Assembly (NCBI GenBank): GCA_963727485.1 | Contig: CAVSGM010000002.1 | Coordinates: 128,001-192,000 of the forward strand | Direction of reading: 5' to 3' | Origin: an uncultured delta proteobacterium | GTDB lineage: Bacteria > Myxococcota > Myxococcia > SLRQ01 | DNA: 64,000 nt | Shown: positions 9,680-20,531 of the stretch, piece by piece | Layout: each line of letters opens with the position of its first letter | Numbering within the stretch: the first letter of the stretch is position 1 | Notes under the pieces: model-generated | Databases searched by the model: none | What the model saw: only the letters and a program-made list of their open reading frames with translations | Told to the model about the DNA's origin: nothing | Translations under genes and position numbers: made by a program

Positions 9680-10084
9680 CTAGGGGTCCGCGTCGGCGGG
9701 CGCCGCGTCGCCCCGGGTCACCCGGGTCTCGATCTCCGGCGGGTGGTGCAGGGTGTTGTGGATGGTGCAGGTCGCCGCCGCCCGCTCCGCGGCCTTCAGG
9801 CGCGACTCGGGCACCCCGGGCCAGGTGATGTCCATGGCGATCTGCCCGACCCGGTAGGGCTTGTCCACGTAGTCCCAGCGCACCCGCACCGCGAGGCCCT
9901 CGATGGAGACTTCGAGGTTCTCGCCGTAGGCCGCGAGCACGGACGCGGTGCACAGGGCGAGCGAGGTGGCGAACATCTGGAGGGCGCTGTAGTGGACGTC
10001 CTCGGCCTCGCTCTCCACGTCGAACCCCGGGGCCTCCAGGTCCGTCAGGGTCAGGTCCGACTCGGCGTGGAGGACGATCCTCAT
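9680..10084 (-). CDS. OsmC/Ohr-family protein
   Basis: C-terminal part of ORF 9680..10654, starting MRIVLHAE, with Cys motifs SLALCT and CTIHNTL; ATG overlaps the upstream stop. Confidence 0.8.
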   Translation of the reverse strand: MRIVLHAESDLTLTDLEAPGFDVESEAEDVHYSALQMFATSLALCTASVLAAYGENLEVSIEGLAVRVRWDYVDKPYRVGQIAMDITWPGVPESRLKAAERAAATCTIHNTLHHPPEIETRVTRGDAAPADADP

Positions 10085-10635
10085 GCCGCCGGCTTGGGCC
10101 GGATGAGCCAGGTGGCGGTGGCCCGGGCGACCAGGTCGCCGCTCTCGTCGCGGATCTCGCCGACCAGGACCTTCTCCTGCTCGGCGCTGGTCTCGACCGG
10201 CTCGGTGCGGCAGTCGCAGGTGAGGGTGCCGCGGGCCTTCTTCAGGTACTCGACGTTGAACTTCGTGACGATGCCCCGGGCGTCCGGGGGGAAGTCGTAC
10301 ATCATGGCCAGCCCGGTGGTGACCTCGCCGAGGTTCGCCAGGGCGATGGCGTGGATCGACTCGAGGTGGTTGCGCACCCGGCGCCGGTCGTGGAGGACGG
10401 TGCGGCAGTGGCCCGGCTCCAGCGCCTGGACCACCGCGCCCAGGGTGCCGGTGTAGGGCGCCATCTCGCCCACCAGGCGGCTGAAGAACTCCTTGCCACC
10501 GGGCAGCGGCGAGAGCTTGTCCCAGCCGGTGCGGATGGGCGCCTCGCGGAAGGGTCCGAGGACCCCCTGGAGCGCGGTGACGAAGGTGTCCGCCCCAGGG
10601 AGGGCCTTGAGCTGGTCGAGGAGGGTGTTGGCCAT
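10081..10635 (-). CDS. hotdog-fold thioesterase-like protein (PaaI/DUF4442-like)
   Basis: Motifs APYTGTLG, RNHLESIHAIALANLGE and EYLKKARG. Confidence 0.82.
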   Translation of the reverse strand: MANTLLDQLKALPGADTFVTALQGVLGPFREAPIRTGWDKLSPLPGGKEFFSRLVGEMAPYTGTLGAVVQALEPGHCRTVLHDRRRVRNHLESIHAIALANLGEVTTGLAMMYDFPPDARGIVTKFNVEYLKKARGTLTCDCRTEPVETSAEQEKVLVGEIRDESGDLVARATATWLIRPKPAA

Positions 10636-10672
10636 GGCGGCGGCAAGTTAGCACACGGGCGGCCGCGCGCCA

Positions 10673-11539
10673 TCAGATGCCCAGGCCGAGCGCCCGTGGC
10701 GCCGCGGCGCGCGGGGCCCCGTGGACCCGGAAGGTCATCTCCCCGTCGACGCCGACCACGGCCCCGCCCGGGACCGGCTGCCACACGTTCTCGCTCCCGA
10801 GCGGCTCGCTGGCCACCAGGAGGTGGCGCACCGTGCTGCCGGGCGCCACGGCGGCCTCGCAGGCGGCGTGGCGCAGGGGGCAGGCGCGCCGCTCCGGGCA
10901 CCGGGCCTTGTGGGTCGAGTACCAGAGGGTGTTCCCCTCGTGGAGGGCCACGAGCACCGGCCCGTTGGTGGCGACGAAGGTGAGGACCGAGGGCTTCTCG
11001 GCGCCCGGGTCGGCCAGCGCCCGGAGGCCGGCGGCGACGGCCCGCAGCGCCTCGGCGCAGCGCTCGAAGGAGAGGTCCGGGTCCTCGGGGTCGGCGTCCC
11101 GGGCGAGCTCGGTGAGGAAGAGGCCGAAGCACCGCTCGCTGTCGGTCTCGCCGACGTGGTCCCGCCACCTGGGGGCGACGCGTCGCTCCACCTCGGCACG
11201 GACCGCGTCCCACCGGGCGATGTCCCCGTTGTGGGCAAAGGCCCAGCGGCCCCGGACGAAGGGGTGGCAGTTCTCCTCGGTGACCTCGCCGCAGGAGGCC
11301 TTGCGCACGTGGGCGACGACGGTCTGGGAGGCGACCAGGTCCACGGCGCGGCTGAAGTCGCCGTCGGCGAAGGCGGCGCCGGTGCCCCGCTCGACCCTGG
11401 GGCCGGCGGCGTCGAAGGTGGCGATCCCCCAGCCGTCCGGGTGGGCGCGCGACTGCACCGTGAGGGCGTTGCGCGCCCGCAGGAGCGACTGGTGCACCCC
11501 GCTCTCCATGGCGGAGCGGAAGCCGAAGACGCGGCACAT
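10673..11539 (-). CDS. class II glutamine amidotransferase / Ntn hydrolase (YafJ/EgtC-like)
   Basis: N-terminal MCR, HPDGWG, HVRKAS, NCHPF, HNG, GETDSE and ASEP. Confidence 0.92.
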   Translation of the reverse strand: MCRVFGFRSAMESGVHQSLLRARNALTVQSRAHPDGWGIATFDAAGPRVERGTGAAFADGDFSRAVDLVASQTVVAHVRKASCGEVTEENCHPFVRGRWAFAHNGDIARWDAVRAEVERRVAPRWRDHVGETDSERCFGLFLTELARDADPEDPDLSFERCAEALRAVAAGLRALADPGAEKPSVLTFVATNGPVLVALHEGNTLWYSTHKARCPERRACPLRHAACEAAVAPGSTVRHLLVASEPLGSENVWQPVPGGAVVGVDGEMTFRVHGAPRAAAPRALGLGI

Positions 11540-11554
11540 CTCCCGAATCCTACC

Positions 11555-12826
11555 TCATGGCCGGGGTGCGCACCGGTCCCCATGCACCACCTGCCCCCCG
11601 GCGACCACGATCCGAGCATGGGGCACGGCGAGGTGGTAGGCCAGGTGGCGAAAGTCCCGGGCCCGGTGGATCACCAGGTCGGCCCGGGCCCCCGGCGCCA
11701 GGCGCCCGACCTCGCCCTCGAGGCCAAGCGACCGGGCGGCGCCGTCGGTGGCGGCGAGGAGCGCCTCGGCGGGGGTGAGGCCGTTGTTCAGGCAGGCGAG
11801 GCCGAGGGCCAGGGCGTGGTTCCCGGTGTTCGCCGAGCCCGGGTTCCAGTTGGTCCCCAGCGCCAGGATCGCCCCGGCGTCGGCCAGGGCCCGGCCCGGG
11901 GCGTAGCGCGGCAGCCGGGTGAAGAGGGTCGCGGTGGGCAGGAGGCCGGCGACGGTGCCGGTGTCGGCCAGCGCCCGGATGCCCGCCTCGGAGATCTGCT
12001 CCAGGTGGTCGGCGCTCTTCGCCCCCAGGTCCGCGGCGAGCTCGGCGCCGCCCCCGGCGGTGAGCTGGTCCACGTGGAGGCGCAGGGAGAGGCCCGCGCC
12101 CTCGGCGGCGGCGGCGAGGCGCTCGGCGTCGGTGGCGGTGAAGGCCCCGGCCTCGACGAAGGCGTCCACGTGGGCGGCGAGGCCCGCCTCGGCGGCGGCG
12201 GGGATCATCTCCCGGCGCACCAGGTCGACGTAGGCGGCGCGCTTGCCCTCGTACTCCGGGGGCACCGCGTGGGCGCCGAGGAGGGTGGCGACGACCTTGA
12301 GCGGCGAGGCGTCTGCGGCCCGGCGGATGGCGCGCAGGAGCTTGAGCTCCTCGTCCACCGTGAGCCCGTAGCCGCTCTTCACCTCCACGGTGGTCACGCC
12401 CTGGCGGGCGAGGGCGTCGAGGCGCCGGCCGCACAGGGCCGCGAGCTCGTCCTCGGAGGCGGCGCGGGTGGCCTTCACCGTGGCGAGGATGCCCCCGCCC
12501 CGGCGCATGATGTCGAGGTAGGGCACCCCGGCGCAGCGCTCGGCGAACTCGGCGCTCCGGTCCCCGGCGAAGGCCAGGTGCGTGTGGGGATCGACGAGGC
12601 CCGGGGTCACGAGATCGCCCCCGGCGTCGAGGCGCACCACGTCCTCGGCCACCTCCCCGTCGAAGGCGGCGGCGGGGCCGGCGTAGGTCACCCGGCCCGC
12701 CCGGGCGGCGACCACCGCCTCGCCCACGAGCCCCAGGGCCACCTCGGCCCCGGCCGCGCGCGCTCCGGCGCAGGTGACGAGCTGGCCGATGCCGGTGACG
12801 AGGAGGTCCGCCGGCTCGGCGGTCAC
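11555..12826 (-). CDS. hutI: imidazolonepropionase
   Basis: [30 protein letters not shown] and ADHLE; coupled to hutU. Confidence 0.95.
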   Translation of the reverse strand: MTAEPADLLVTGIGQLVTCAGARAAGAEVALGLVGEAVVAARAGRVTYAGPAAAFDGEVAEDVVRLDAGGDLVTPGLVDPHTHLAFAGDRSAEFAERCAGVPYLDIMRRGGGILATVKATRAASEDELAALCGRRLDALARQGVTTVEVKSGYGLTVDEELKLLRAIRRAADASPLKVVATLLGAHAVPPEYEGKRAAYVDLVRREMIPAAAEAGLAAHVDAFVEAGAFTATDAERLAAAAEGAGLSLRLHVDQLTAGGGAELAADLGAKSADHLEQISEAGIRALADTGTVAGLLPTATLFTRLPRYAPGRALADAGAILALGTNWNPGSANTGNHALALGLACLNNGLTPAEALLAATDGAARSLGLEGEVGRLAPGARADLVIHRARDFRHLAYHLAVPHARIVVAGGQVVHGDRCAPRP

Positions 12827-14478
12827 ATCGTCACCCCGGGGATCTTCACGTGCTTGGCCCGGGCCACCTCGATGGCCTCCTCGTAGCCCGCGTCCACGTG
12901 GCGGAGGATGCCCATCCCCGGGTCGCTTTCGAGCACCCGCGAGAGGCGCCTCGCCGCCGCCTCGGTGCCGTCGGCGACGATGACCTGCCCGGCGTGGAGC
13001 GCGTAGCCGATGCCCACGCCCCCGCCGTGGTGGAAGCTCACCCAGCTGGCGCCGTTCACCGCGTTGACCAGGGCGTTCAAGATGGGCCAGTCGGCGATGG
13101 CGTCGGAGCCGTCCTTCATCGCCTCGGTCTCGCGGTTGGGCGAGGCCACCGACCCGCAGTCGAGGTGGTCGCGGCCGATGACGATGGGGGCCTCCACCTC
13201 ACCCTTGCGCACCAGCTCGTTGAAGGCGAGGCCCGCCTGCTCACGCTCCCCGTAGCCCAGCCAGCAGATCCGCGCCGGCAGCCCCTGGAAGTGGACCTTC
13301 TCCCGGGCGAGCTCGAGCCAGCGCATCAGGTGGGCCTTCTCGGGGAAGAGCGCCTTGATGGCCTCGTCGGTGCGGTAGATGTCCTCGGGCTTTCCGGAGA
13401 GCGCCACCCAGCGGAACGGGCCCTGGCCCTCGCAGAAGAGCGGCCGGATGTACGCGGGCACGAAGCCCGGGAAGTCGAAGGCGTTCTCGAGGCCCCCGAG
13501 CTGGGCCTGGCCCCGGAGGTTGTTGCCGTAGTCGAAGACGTTCGAGCCGGCGGCCTTGAGGTCGAGCATGGCCTTGACGTGGGTGACCATGCTCTCCCGG
13601 GCGCGGGCCACGTAGCCCTCGGGGTCGCGCTCCCGCAGCGCCGCGGCCGCGTCGAGGGTGAGGCCCGCCGGGATGTAGCCGTTGAGGGGGTCGTGGGCGC
13701 TGGTCTGGTCGGTGACGAGATCCGGGACGATGCCCCGACGCACCACCTCCGGGTAGACCTCGGCGGCGTTGCCGAGCAGCGCGATGGACCGGGGGATCTT
13801 CTGCTCCATGGCCTCGGTGGCGAGCTTCATCGCCTCGTCGAGGGTGTCGGCCTTCACGTCGCAGTACCCGGTCTCGAGGCGCCGCTCGATGCGGTGGGGA
13901 TCGACCTCGACGCCGATGAACACCCCGCCGGCGAGGGTCGCGGCCAGCGGCTGGGCCCCGCCCATGCCTCCGAGGCCCGCGGAGAGCACCAGGCGCCCGG
14001 CGAGATCCTCGGTGCCGAAGTGCTTCCGCGCGGCGGCGATGAAGGTCTCGTAGGTGCCCTGGAGGATCCCCTGGGTGCCGATGTAGATCCAGGAGCCGGC
14101 GGTCATCTGCCCGAACATGATGAGGCCCTTGGCCTCGAGCTCGTGGAAGTGCTCCCAGGTGGCCCAGTGGCCCACCAGGTTGGAGTTGGCGATGAGCACC
14201 CGGGGCGCGTCGGGGTGGGTCCGCAGCACGCCCACCGGCTTGCCCGACTGGACCATCAGGGTCTCGTCGTCGCCGAGGCCGCGCAGCGCCTCGACGATGG
14301 CGTCGAAGGCCTCCCAGCTCCGGGCGGCCTTGCCGGTGCCGCCGTAGACCACCAGGTCCTCGGGCCGTTCTGCCACCTCCGGGTCCAGGTTGTTCATGAT
14401 CATGCGAAGGGCGGCCTCCTGGATCCAGCCCTTGCAGGAGATCTCCTTGCCTCGGGGAGCGCGGATGGTGCGTGCCAT
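12823..14478 (-). CDS. hutU: urocanate hydratase
   Basis: [39 protein letters not shown] and HHGGGVG. Confidence 0.98.
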   Translation of the reverse strand: MARTIRAPRGKEISCKGWIQEAALRMIMNNLDPEVAERPEDLVVYGGTGKAARSWEAFDAIVEALRGLGDDETLMVQSGKPVGVLRTHPDAPRVLIANSNLVGHWATWEHFHELEAKGLIMFGQMTAGSWIYIGTQGILQGTYETFIAAARKHFGTEDLAGRLVLSAGLGGMGGAQPLAATLAGGVFIGVEVDPHRIERRLETGYCDVKADTLDEAMKLATEAMEQKIPRSIALLGNAAEVYPEVVRRGIVPDLVTDQTSAHDPLNGYIPAGLTLDAAAALRERDPEGYVARARESMVTHVKAMLDLKAAGSNVFDYGNNLRGQAQLGGLENAFDFPGFVPAYIRPLFCEGQGPFRWVALSGKPEDIYRTDEAIKALFPEKAHLMRWLELAREKVHFQGLPARICWLGYGEREQAGLAFNELVRKGEVEAPIVIGRDHLDCGSVASPNRETEAMKDGSDAIADWPILNALVNAVNGASWVSFHHGGGVGIGYALHAGQVIVADGTEAAARRLSRVLESDPGMGILRHVDAGYEEAIEVARAKHVKIPGVTM

Positions 14479-14624
14479 GGCGGCGGTTCTAGACCGGCGG
14501 CCCGGGGTCATCAAGGCGCGGTGCGGCGCGCGGGTCCACAGGCCTCCGGGGCGGGGCCGCTCGGGCGGCGGCGGGTGGGGGGCGCTTTCCCCGGCCGCTT
14601 CGCGCGTGGTACGACAGGGGCGCG

Positions 14625-15029
14625 ATGATGAGGCGCATCCGGGTCGTGGCGGGCATGATCGAGCAGCAGGGGCTGTATCTCATCACCCAGCGGCGGCCCC
14701 AGGCCACGCTCCCGCTCCTCTGGGAGTTCCCCGGTGGCCGGGTGGAGAGCGGCGAGCGCGACGAGGCGGCCCTCGCCCGGGAGCTCGAGGAGGAGATGGG
14801 CATCATCGTCGCGGTGGACGATCAGGTCCTCGAGGTCGAGCACGTGTACCCCGACTACGAGGTCGAGTTCCTGGTGTACCGGGCGCGGATCGTCTCCGGG
14901 GTGATCCGGCACATCAAGGTGCACGACCACCGGTGGGTCACCGCCTCCGAGCTCGACGAGTACGAGTTCCCCGGCGCCGACAGCCGGTCCATGGATCTGC
15001 TGATCAAGGGCGACCGCGGGGACGCCTGA
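14625..15029 (+). CDS. NUDIX hydrolase (MutT/NudG-like)
   Basis: Nudix box [23 protein letters not shown]. Confidence 0.92.
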   Translation: MMRRIRVVAGMIEQQGLYLITQRRPQATLPLLWEFPGGRVESGERDEAALARELEEEMGIIVAVDDQVLEVEHVYPDYEVEFLVYRARIVSGVIRHIKVHDHRWVTASELDEYEFPGADSRSMDLLIKGDRGDA

Positions 15030-15214
15030 AGCCGGGGGCGCGGTCTCCCCGGGCGCGGACGCGCGGCGCCGCTGGGGAAGATCCGGGGAGGGCGATCTCG
15101 CCCGCTGGTGGCGCGGCGAGAACGCCGGGCGCACCGTCTGCGCAGGGGCCGACGTCTTGCAGCACCCAGGGGGGTGGCTACGTTGGCCCCTGAACCGACG
15201 GAGCGAAATCGACC

Positions 15215-17363
15215 ATGCCCGACTCCCAGAACGACCGGCGCGGACCCACCCTTCCCAAGGGGCAGGAGCCCGGCCCGGGCGGTCCCCAGCCCCCGCGTCC
15301 GTCGCCCTTCGAGCGCCTCCGCTCGCCCCTGCTCTGGGCCCTGCTGGTCCTGGCGGGCCTCTTCGTCTTCCAGACCTTCATGGCCGGCTCGGACGTCAAG
15401 GAGGTCCCCTACAGCGAGTTCAAGACCGCGGTCTCCGAGGGGCGCTTCTCCAAGGTCGTCGTCTCCGAGGGGTGGGTGAAGGGCTTCCCCAAGGCCACCC
15501 CGGCGCCCTCCGCCGAGACGCCCCAGGCGGCGGGCAAGGGCACGCCCATCGCCGAGGGCACCCAGCCTCCGAAGGCCGCCGAGCCGGCCGCCGAGGCCAA
15601 GAAGCCCCGGGCGCGGATGCCGCTGTTCGGGGCCACGGGCCCGGCGACGCCCCAGCCGTGGAAGGCCAACCGGGTGCCCAACGACCAGAGCCTGGTGAAG
15701 CTCCTGGACGCCGAGCACCTCGACTACACCTACCAGCCGGCCTCCCAGTTCGGGTCCATCTTCTGGATTCTGGATCCTGCCCATCGGCATCGCCCTGCTC
15801 ATCTGGGTGTTCTTCATGCGCCGGATGAGCGGCCAGGCCGGCCAGGGGCCCCAGGGGCTCATGGCCTTTGGCAAGAGCAAGGCCCGGGTCCACGTGGAGC
15901 CGGACACCAACGTCACCTTCAAGGACGTCGCCGGCATCGACGAGGCGGTCGAGGAGCTCGAGGAGATCGTCGGCTTCCTCCAGAAGCCCGAGAAGTACCG
16001 GCGCCTCGGCGGCAAGATCCCCAAGGGCGTGCTCCTGGTGGGCCCCCCGGGGACGGGCAAGACGCTGCTGGCGCGCGCGGTGGCCGGGGAGGCCGGCGTG
16101 CCCTTCTTCTCCCTCTCGGGATCCGAGTTCGTGGAGATGTTCGTGGGCGTCGGTGCCGCCCGGGTCCGTGACCTCTTCCAGCAGGCCCAGGGCCGGGCGC
16201 CCGCCATCATCTTCATCGACGAGCTCGACGCCCTGGCCAAGACCCGCAGCTCCTCGAGCATGATGGGCGGCCACGACGAGCGCGAGCAGACCCTCAACCA
16301 GCTCCTCTCGGAGATGGACGGCTTCGACCCGCGGGTGGGGCTCATCGTCCTCGCCGCCACCAACCGCCCCGAGATCCTCGACCCGGCGCTGATGCGCCCC
16401 GGCCGCTTCGACCGACAGGTCCTGGTCGACCGCCCGGACAAGCTCGGGCGCAAGGCGATCCTCGCCATCCACGTGAAGGAGGTGACCCTCGCCGAGGACG
16501 TGAACCTCGAGGAGATCGCCGCCCAGACGCCAGGCTTCGCCGGCGCGGACCTCGCCAACGTGGTGAACGAGGCGGCGCTGCTGGCGGCCCGCCGGGGCGC
16601 CGACGGCGTCTACATGCGCGACTTCGACGAGGCCATCGAGCGGGTGGTCGCCGGCCTGCGCAAGAAGAACCGGCGGATGAACGAGACCGAGAAGCGCACG
16701 GTGGCCTACCACGAGTCCGGGCACGCCCTGGTGGGGCTGTCCCTGCCCAACGCCGACCCGGTGCAGAAGGTCTCCATCATCCCCCACGGCCTCGGGGCGC
16801 TGGGCTACACGATGCAGATGCCCCTCGAGGACCGCTACCTGATGACCGTCGACGAGCTCCGGGACAAGATGGCCGGGCTCCTCGGGGGCCGCGCCGCCGA
16901 GGAGATTGTCTTCGGCCGGGTGAGCACCGGGGCCTCCGACGACCTCAAGAAGGCCACCGAGATCGCCCGGGTGATGGTCACCGAGTACGGGATGAGCGAC
17001 GCCATCGGGCCGCTGGGCCTCGCCGAGCGCCGGAACCGGTTCCTCGGGGACGAGATGCCCGCCATGATGGAGCGCAGCTACAGCGAGCGCACCGCCGAGG
17101 TCGTGGACGGCGAGATCAAGCGGCTGGTCAGCGAGGCCCTCGAGCGGGCGCGGGCGGTGATCGGTGAGCGGCGGGAGATCCTGGAGGCCATCGCGGCCCA
17201 CCTCCTGGAGCACGAGGTCATCGACAGGGACACCCTGTACGAGATCGCGGGATCTCCGTCCTCGGAGCAGGTGGCGCGGCGGAAGGTCAACGGGCAGCTC
17301 GAGGGACCGCGCCCGGCCGCGAAAGGAAACCCCAATGGCGACGCACAGTGGAAAAGCGCATGA
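15215..17363 (+). CDS. ftsH: ATP-dependent zinc metalloprotease FtsH, frameshifted at ~15766-15770
   Basis: TM1 and the periplasmic part are in one frame. TM2, Walker [23 protein letters not shown] and HESGH are in the next. Changing GATTC to GATC restores FWIWILPIG. Confidence 0.95.
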
Positions 17364-17550
17364 GGCTCGCAAGCTCCTCTTCGCGCGGGGCGTGCGACGC
17401 GGGTGGCTCACCCTCGACGAGGTCGAGGGGGCCTTGCCGCCCGGGGCGCTGACGCCGGCAGAGCGGTGGCTGCTCTTCTACAGCCTCCGGGCCGCGGGCA
17501 TCGAGATCCGGGGCCTGGGCGACGAGGCGGACGCCGCCGCCGGCGCGTGA
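17335..17550 (+). CDS. small protein resembling a stand-alone sigma70 region 1.1
   Basis: [30 protein letters not shown] follows the region-1.1 pattern (G..GYLTY.EI...LP..L...GI.V); overlaps the 3' end of ftsH. Confidence 0.7.
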   Translation: MATHSGKAHEARKLLFARGVRRGWLTLDEVEGALPPGALTPAERWLLFYSLRAAGIEIRGLGDEADAAAGA

Positions 17551-17572
17551 CCGGCAGGCGGCCCGGGCGCCC

Positions 17573-18181
17573 CTAGAAGATCCGCGACACCAGCACCGCG
17601 CCGCTCCTCGCGTCCTTGACCCGGAAGCCGGCGAAGCGCGCGGCGACCCCGGCGGCGTGGTGGCCGTGGCCGGCGAGGTGCCAGACCTTCCCGGGGCGGA
17701 AGAGGAGCTCGAGGGTCACGTTCTGGGTGTGGACCGCGAGATCGAGGCTCCGGCGCGACATCCCGTCCGGGAGCCGGGCGGTCAGCGGCAGCAGGCGCAT
17801 CCGCGGGTTCCCCCGGCGGTCGAGGCGGTGGGGCCGGCCCCGGGTGAGGCCATAGCCCGAGCCGCCGAACACCGGCGTGAGGTAGAGGCGGACCCGGCCG
17901 CCGCCGAGGTCCTGGCCCACCTGGAGGAGCTGGCTCATGGCGTCGGGGAGGCGCGTGTAGAAGAGGTGGCCGGTGAGCCCCCGGCGGTGGGCGGCGGCCT
18001 GGCGCGCGCAGGTGCGCCGGTCGGGGCTGCGGGCGCAGTCCCCGACGTAGTCGTCGAGGAAGTGGCCGAGGTCCTCGACCGCGGTGGCCTTGGCCTTGAG
18101 GGCGTCGAAGGAGGGACGCGCCACCGTGAGGTGGGCGGGGACGAAGAGGAGGGCGGCGAGGAGCGGGATCGCGGTGCGCAT
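17573..18181 (-). CDS. exported hypothetical protein (resembles myxobacterial DUF6066)
   Basis: Signal peptide MRTAIPLLAALL, then FLDDYVGDC, TPVF, YGLT.G.P and GNP. Family recalled from memory, not searched. Confidence 0.65.
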   Translation of the reverse strand: MRTAIPLLAALLFVPAHLTVARPSFDALKAKATAVEDLGHFLDDYVGDCARSPDRRTCARQAAAHRRGLTGHLFYTRLPDAMSQLLQVGQDLGGGRVRLYLTPVFGGSGYGLTRGRPHRLDRRGNPRMRLLPLTARLPDGMSRRSLDLAVHTQNVTLELLFRPGKVWHLAGHGHHAAGVAARFAGFRVKDARSGAVLVSRIF

Positions 18182-18271
18182 CGGTCGAGGATGGCAGAGG
18201 CTCCGCCGGCGCAGCAACGGCGTGGTGGTGAGATTTTTGACCACATCAGCCTACAGGGTACGCTCGAATCC

Positions 18272-18649
18272 ATGGGAGACATCCACGACACCGGAGACAT
18301 CCACGACGGCGAGCGGCGCCGGGCGCGGCGGCTGGACAAGGCCTTCCCCGTCTTCCTCTCGGGCAACCGGGGGGTGTGCTTCGGCATCGCCCGGAACATC
18401 AGCGAGGGGGGCATGTTCGTGGAGACCGACGACGGGGATCCCCTCGGCAGCCGGCTCCTGGTCACCTTCGCCTGGCCCGGCGGGGGCGCCGAGCTCTCCT
18501 GCGAGGCCGAGGTCCGCTACACCACCGTGGAGCGCTACGGCGAGGGGCTGGGCGAGCGGGCGATGCAGGGCATGGGCCTGAAGTTCCTGCGGTTCCTGCC
18601 CCGGGACGAGTACGAGGCGCCCCCGGCGGATCCCGGCGCCCTGCACTAG
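18272..18649 (+). CDS. PilZ domain protein (candidate c-di-GMP receptor)
   Basis: ERRRARR (RxxxR) and NISEGGMF (D/NxSxxG), with GMGLKF near the C-terminus. Confidence 0.88.
   Translation: MGDIHDTGDIHDGERRRARRLDKAFPVFLSGNRGVCFGIARNISEGGMFVETDDGDPLGSRLLVTFAWPGGGAELSCEAEVRYTTVERYGEGLGERAMQGMGLKFLRFLPRDEYEAPPADPGALH
18275..18307 (+). repeat. direct repeat of 15 bp at an 18-bp period (GDIHD x2) at the PilZ N-terminus
   Basis: ggagacatccacgac at 18275-18289 and 18293-18307. Confidence 0.85.
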
Positions 18650-18706
18650 GGCGCCGATCGGTGCGCTAGGCAGGGGCCGGCCCCTGTGCTAAATCGTCCG
18701 CCCCGT

Positions 18707-18782
18707 GCCGACATAGCTCAGTTGGTAGAGCAGCTGATTCGTAATCAGCAGGTCGTCAGTTCGAGTCTGACTGTCGGCTCCA
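18707..18782 (+). tRNA. tRNA-Thr(CGT)
   Basis: Acceptor GCCGACA/TGTCGGC, D arm AGCTCAGTTGGTAGAGC, anticodon loop TT-CGT-AA, T loop GTTCGAGTC, encoded CCA; 76 nt. Confidence 0.97.
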
Positions 18783-18783
18783 C

Positions 18784-18811
18784 GAAGGCCCCGCTCGATG
18801 GCGGGGTCTTC
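18784..18811. terminator. GC-rich hairpin between tRNA-Thr and the convergent gene
   Basis: gaaggccccgc-tcgatg-gcggggtcttc; the U tail is weak. Confidence 0.6.
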
Positions 18812-18849
18812 GCCTTCCGTCCCGCTGGCCACGCGCGCGCCCCGGGACC

Positions 18850-19818
18850 TTAGAGGTCGTTGAAGAGCCCGAGGGCGGCCGGCTCCGGCGCGAGGTACTG
18901 CTGGGCGAGGACGTAGTCGACGCCCAGGCGCCGGACGTGGTGCTTGAGGAGCGTCAGCGGCACCACCAGGGGCACCTCGCCCCGGTGGTAGGCGGCGATG
19001 GTCTCGGTGAGCTCGCCCCGGTCCTCCTCCGAGAGGCGATCGCTGACGTAGCCGGCGGCGTGCTCCAGGACGTTCACGTGGCGGCCGGTGGAGGGGAGCT
19101 GGCGCATGACCTCGGTGAAGCCCTCGAGGTAGCGGGCCGCCAGCGCCGCCACGTCGTCCCCGCGCTTCGCCTCGCCGAGGAGGCGGCCGAGGCCGGTGGT
19201 CCGGGACGGGGAGCGGGCCATGAGCACCAGCTTGTAGCGCCGGTGGAAGTCCATGAGGCCCCGGACGGTGAAGCCGTCGCCGGCGAGGTCGCGCCACCGC
19301 CGGTGGCCGTGGGCCCAGGTGAGGAAACGCTCGCGGAGGGCGGGGTCGTGGAGGCGCCCGGCCTCCTCGAGGGGGAGGTGGGGCAGCCGGCGGGCCAGCG
19401 CGGTGGCGAAGAGGCCGGCGCCGTCGTAGCGGGGGACCGGCCCCTCCCCGTAGACCTTCACCCGCTCCAGCCCGCAGCTCGGGGATCGGGACTTGAGGAT
19501 GAAGCCGTCGAGGTCCAGGGCGGCGAGGGCCTCGACCCGCCCCTCGGCGAAGCGGCGCATGGCCAGGGTGTGGTCGGTGGCGCCGTCGGCGGTCACCATC
19601 CGCACCCCGTCGACCCCGTCGACCAGGCGCAGGGTGGGGCGGGGGACCCCGAGGCCGAGCTCGACCTCCGGGCACACCTCGACCCAGGTGCAGTGCGCAG
19701 CCAGCTCGTCGGTGACGAAGCGGTCGCGCTTGTGGCCTCCGTCGTAGCGCACCTCGCGGCCGAGGAGGCAGGCGGAGACGCCGATGCGGAGGGGGCGGGG
19801 CTGGGGGGCGTCGGACAT
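18850..19818 (-). CDS. DUF523-DUF1722 protein (TudS-like 2-thiouracil desulfidase domain plus YbgA domain)
   Basis: SACLLG..RYDGGH, CPEVE, KSRSPSCG, FH.RYK and YL.P.P. Confidence 0.9.
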   Translation of the reverse strand: MSDAPQPRPLRIGVSACLLGREVRYDGGHKRDRFVTDELAAHCTWVEVCPEVELGLGVPRPTLRLVDGVDGVRMVTADGATDHTLAMRRFAEGRVEALAALDLDGFILKSRSPSCGLERVKVYGEGPVPRYDGAGLFATALARRLPHLPLEEAGRLHDPALRERFLTWAHGHRRWRDLAGDGFTVRGLMDFHRRYKLVLMARSPSRTTGLGRLLGEAKRGDDVAALAARYLEGFTEVMRQLPSTGRHVNVLEHAAGYVSDRLSEEDRGELTETIAAYHRGEVPLVVPLTLLKHHVRRLGVDYVLAQQYLAPEPAALGLFNDL

Positions 19819-19869
19819 GCGTGGTTCAGCCCGAGCCAAGATGCTCCCCAGCCCCGTCCGGGGCCAGCG

Positions 19870-20404
19870 CTAGAAGTTCAGCGCCACCCCGAGCTTGAGC
19901 ATCCCGCTGCCGACCTCGCCTCGGAACGACACGGCGCCGGCACGGTAGATGATGCCGCCGACGCCCTGGATGTAGATGCCGGTGTAGCCGTAGTTGACGC
20001 CCGGCGAGGTGTAGATGTGCCAGCCGAGGTCGATCTTCGGGTAGATGCCCAGCTTCCCGTGCATCAGCCAGAACACCCACATGAACCCGGCGGTGGGGAT
20101 GATGTCGGTGGCCACGCCGTAGCCGAGGTAGCCGTAGTTCCAGAAGATGACGTCGGCCCCGAGCTCGACGGCGAACTGGTCGGAGAGCTGGGGGTTGTTG
20201 CGGAAGATCCCGCTGGACCCCACCGGGATGGCGAAGCGGGCGCCGACGCCGAAGCCTCCGCCGTACGCGAGGATGCCCCAGACCGAGAGGCCGGTGATGT
20301 TGCCCTGGGTGTGGTGGGCGGCTGGCGCCGCCTCCTGGGCCAGGGCCGGACTTCCGGCCGTCACCATCCCGAGGACCAAGGCAGTAGCAACGAGCGATTC
20401 TCAT
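19870..20404 (-). CDS. small outer-membrane beta-barrel-like protein, frameshifted in the signal peptide (~20396-20400)
   Basis: Alternating beta-strand pattern and a C-terminal Phe (KLGVALNF). Changing GATTC to GATC gives the signal peptide MRSLVATALVLGMVTAGSPALA from ATG 20404. Confidence 0.72.
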
Positions 20405-20531
20405 GTTCGGCTCCGTGTTCGTGGGCGAAGGCGCAGCCGGGCGATCACGACCCCGGCTTCGTGACCAGTGCATCATCTACACCCGGAGGTCCCCAGGCAA
20501 GCTTCCTGTGGGGGGATTCGCGTATCGTCGT

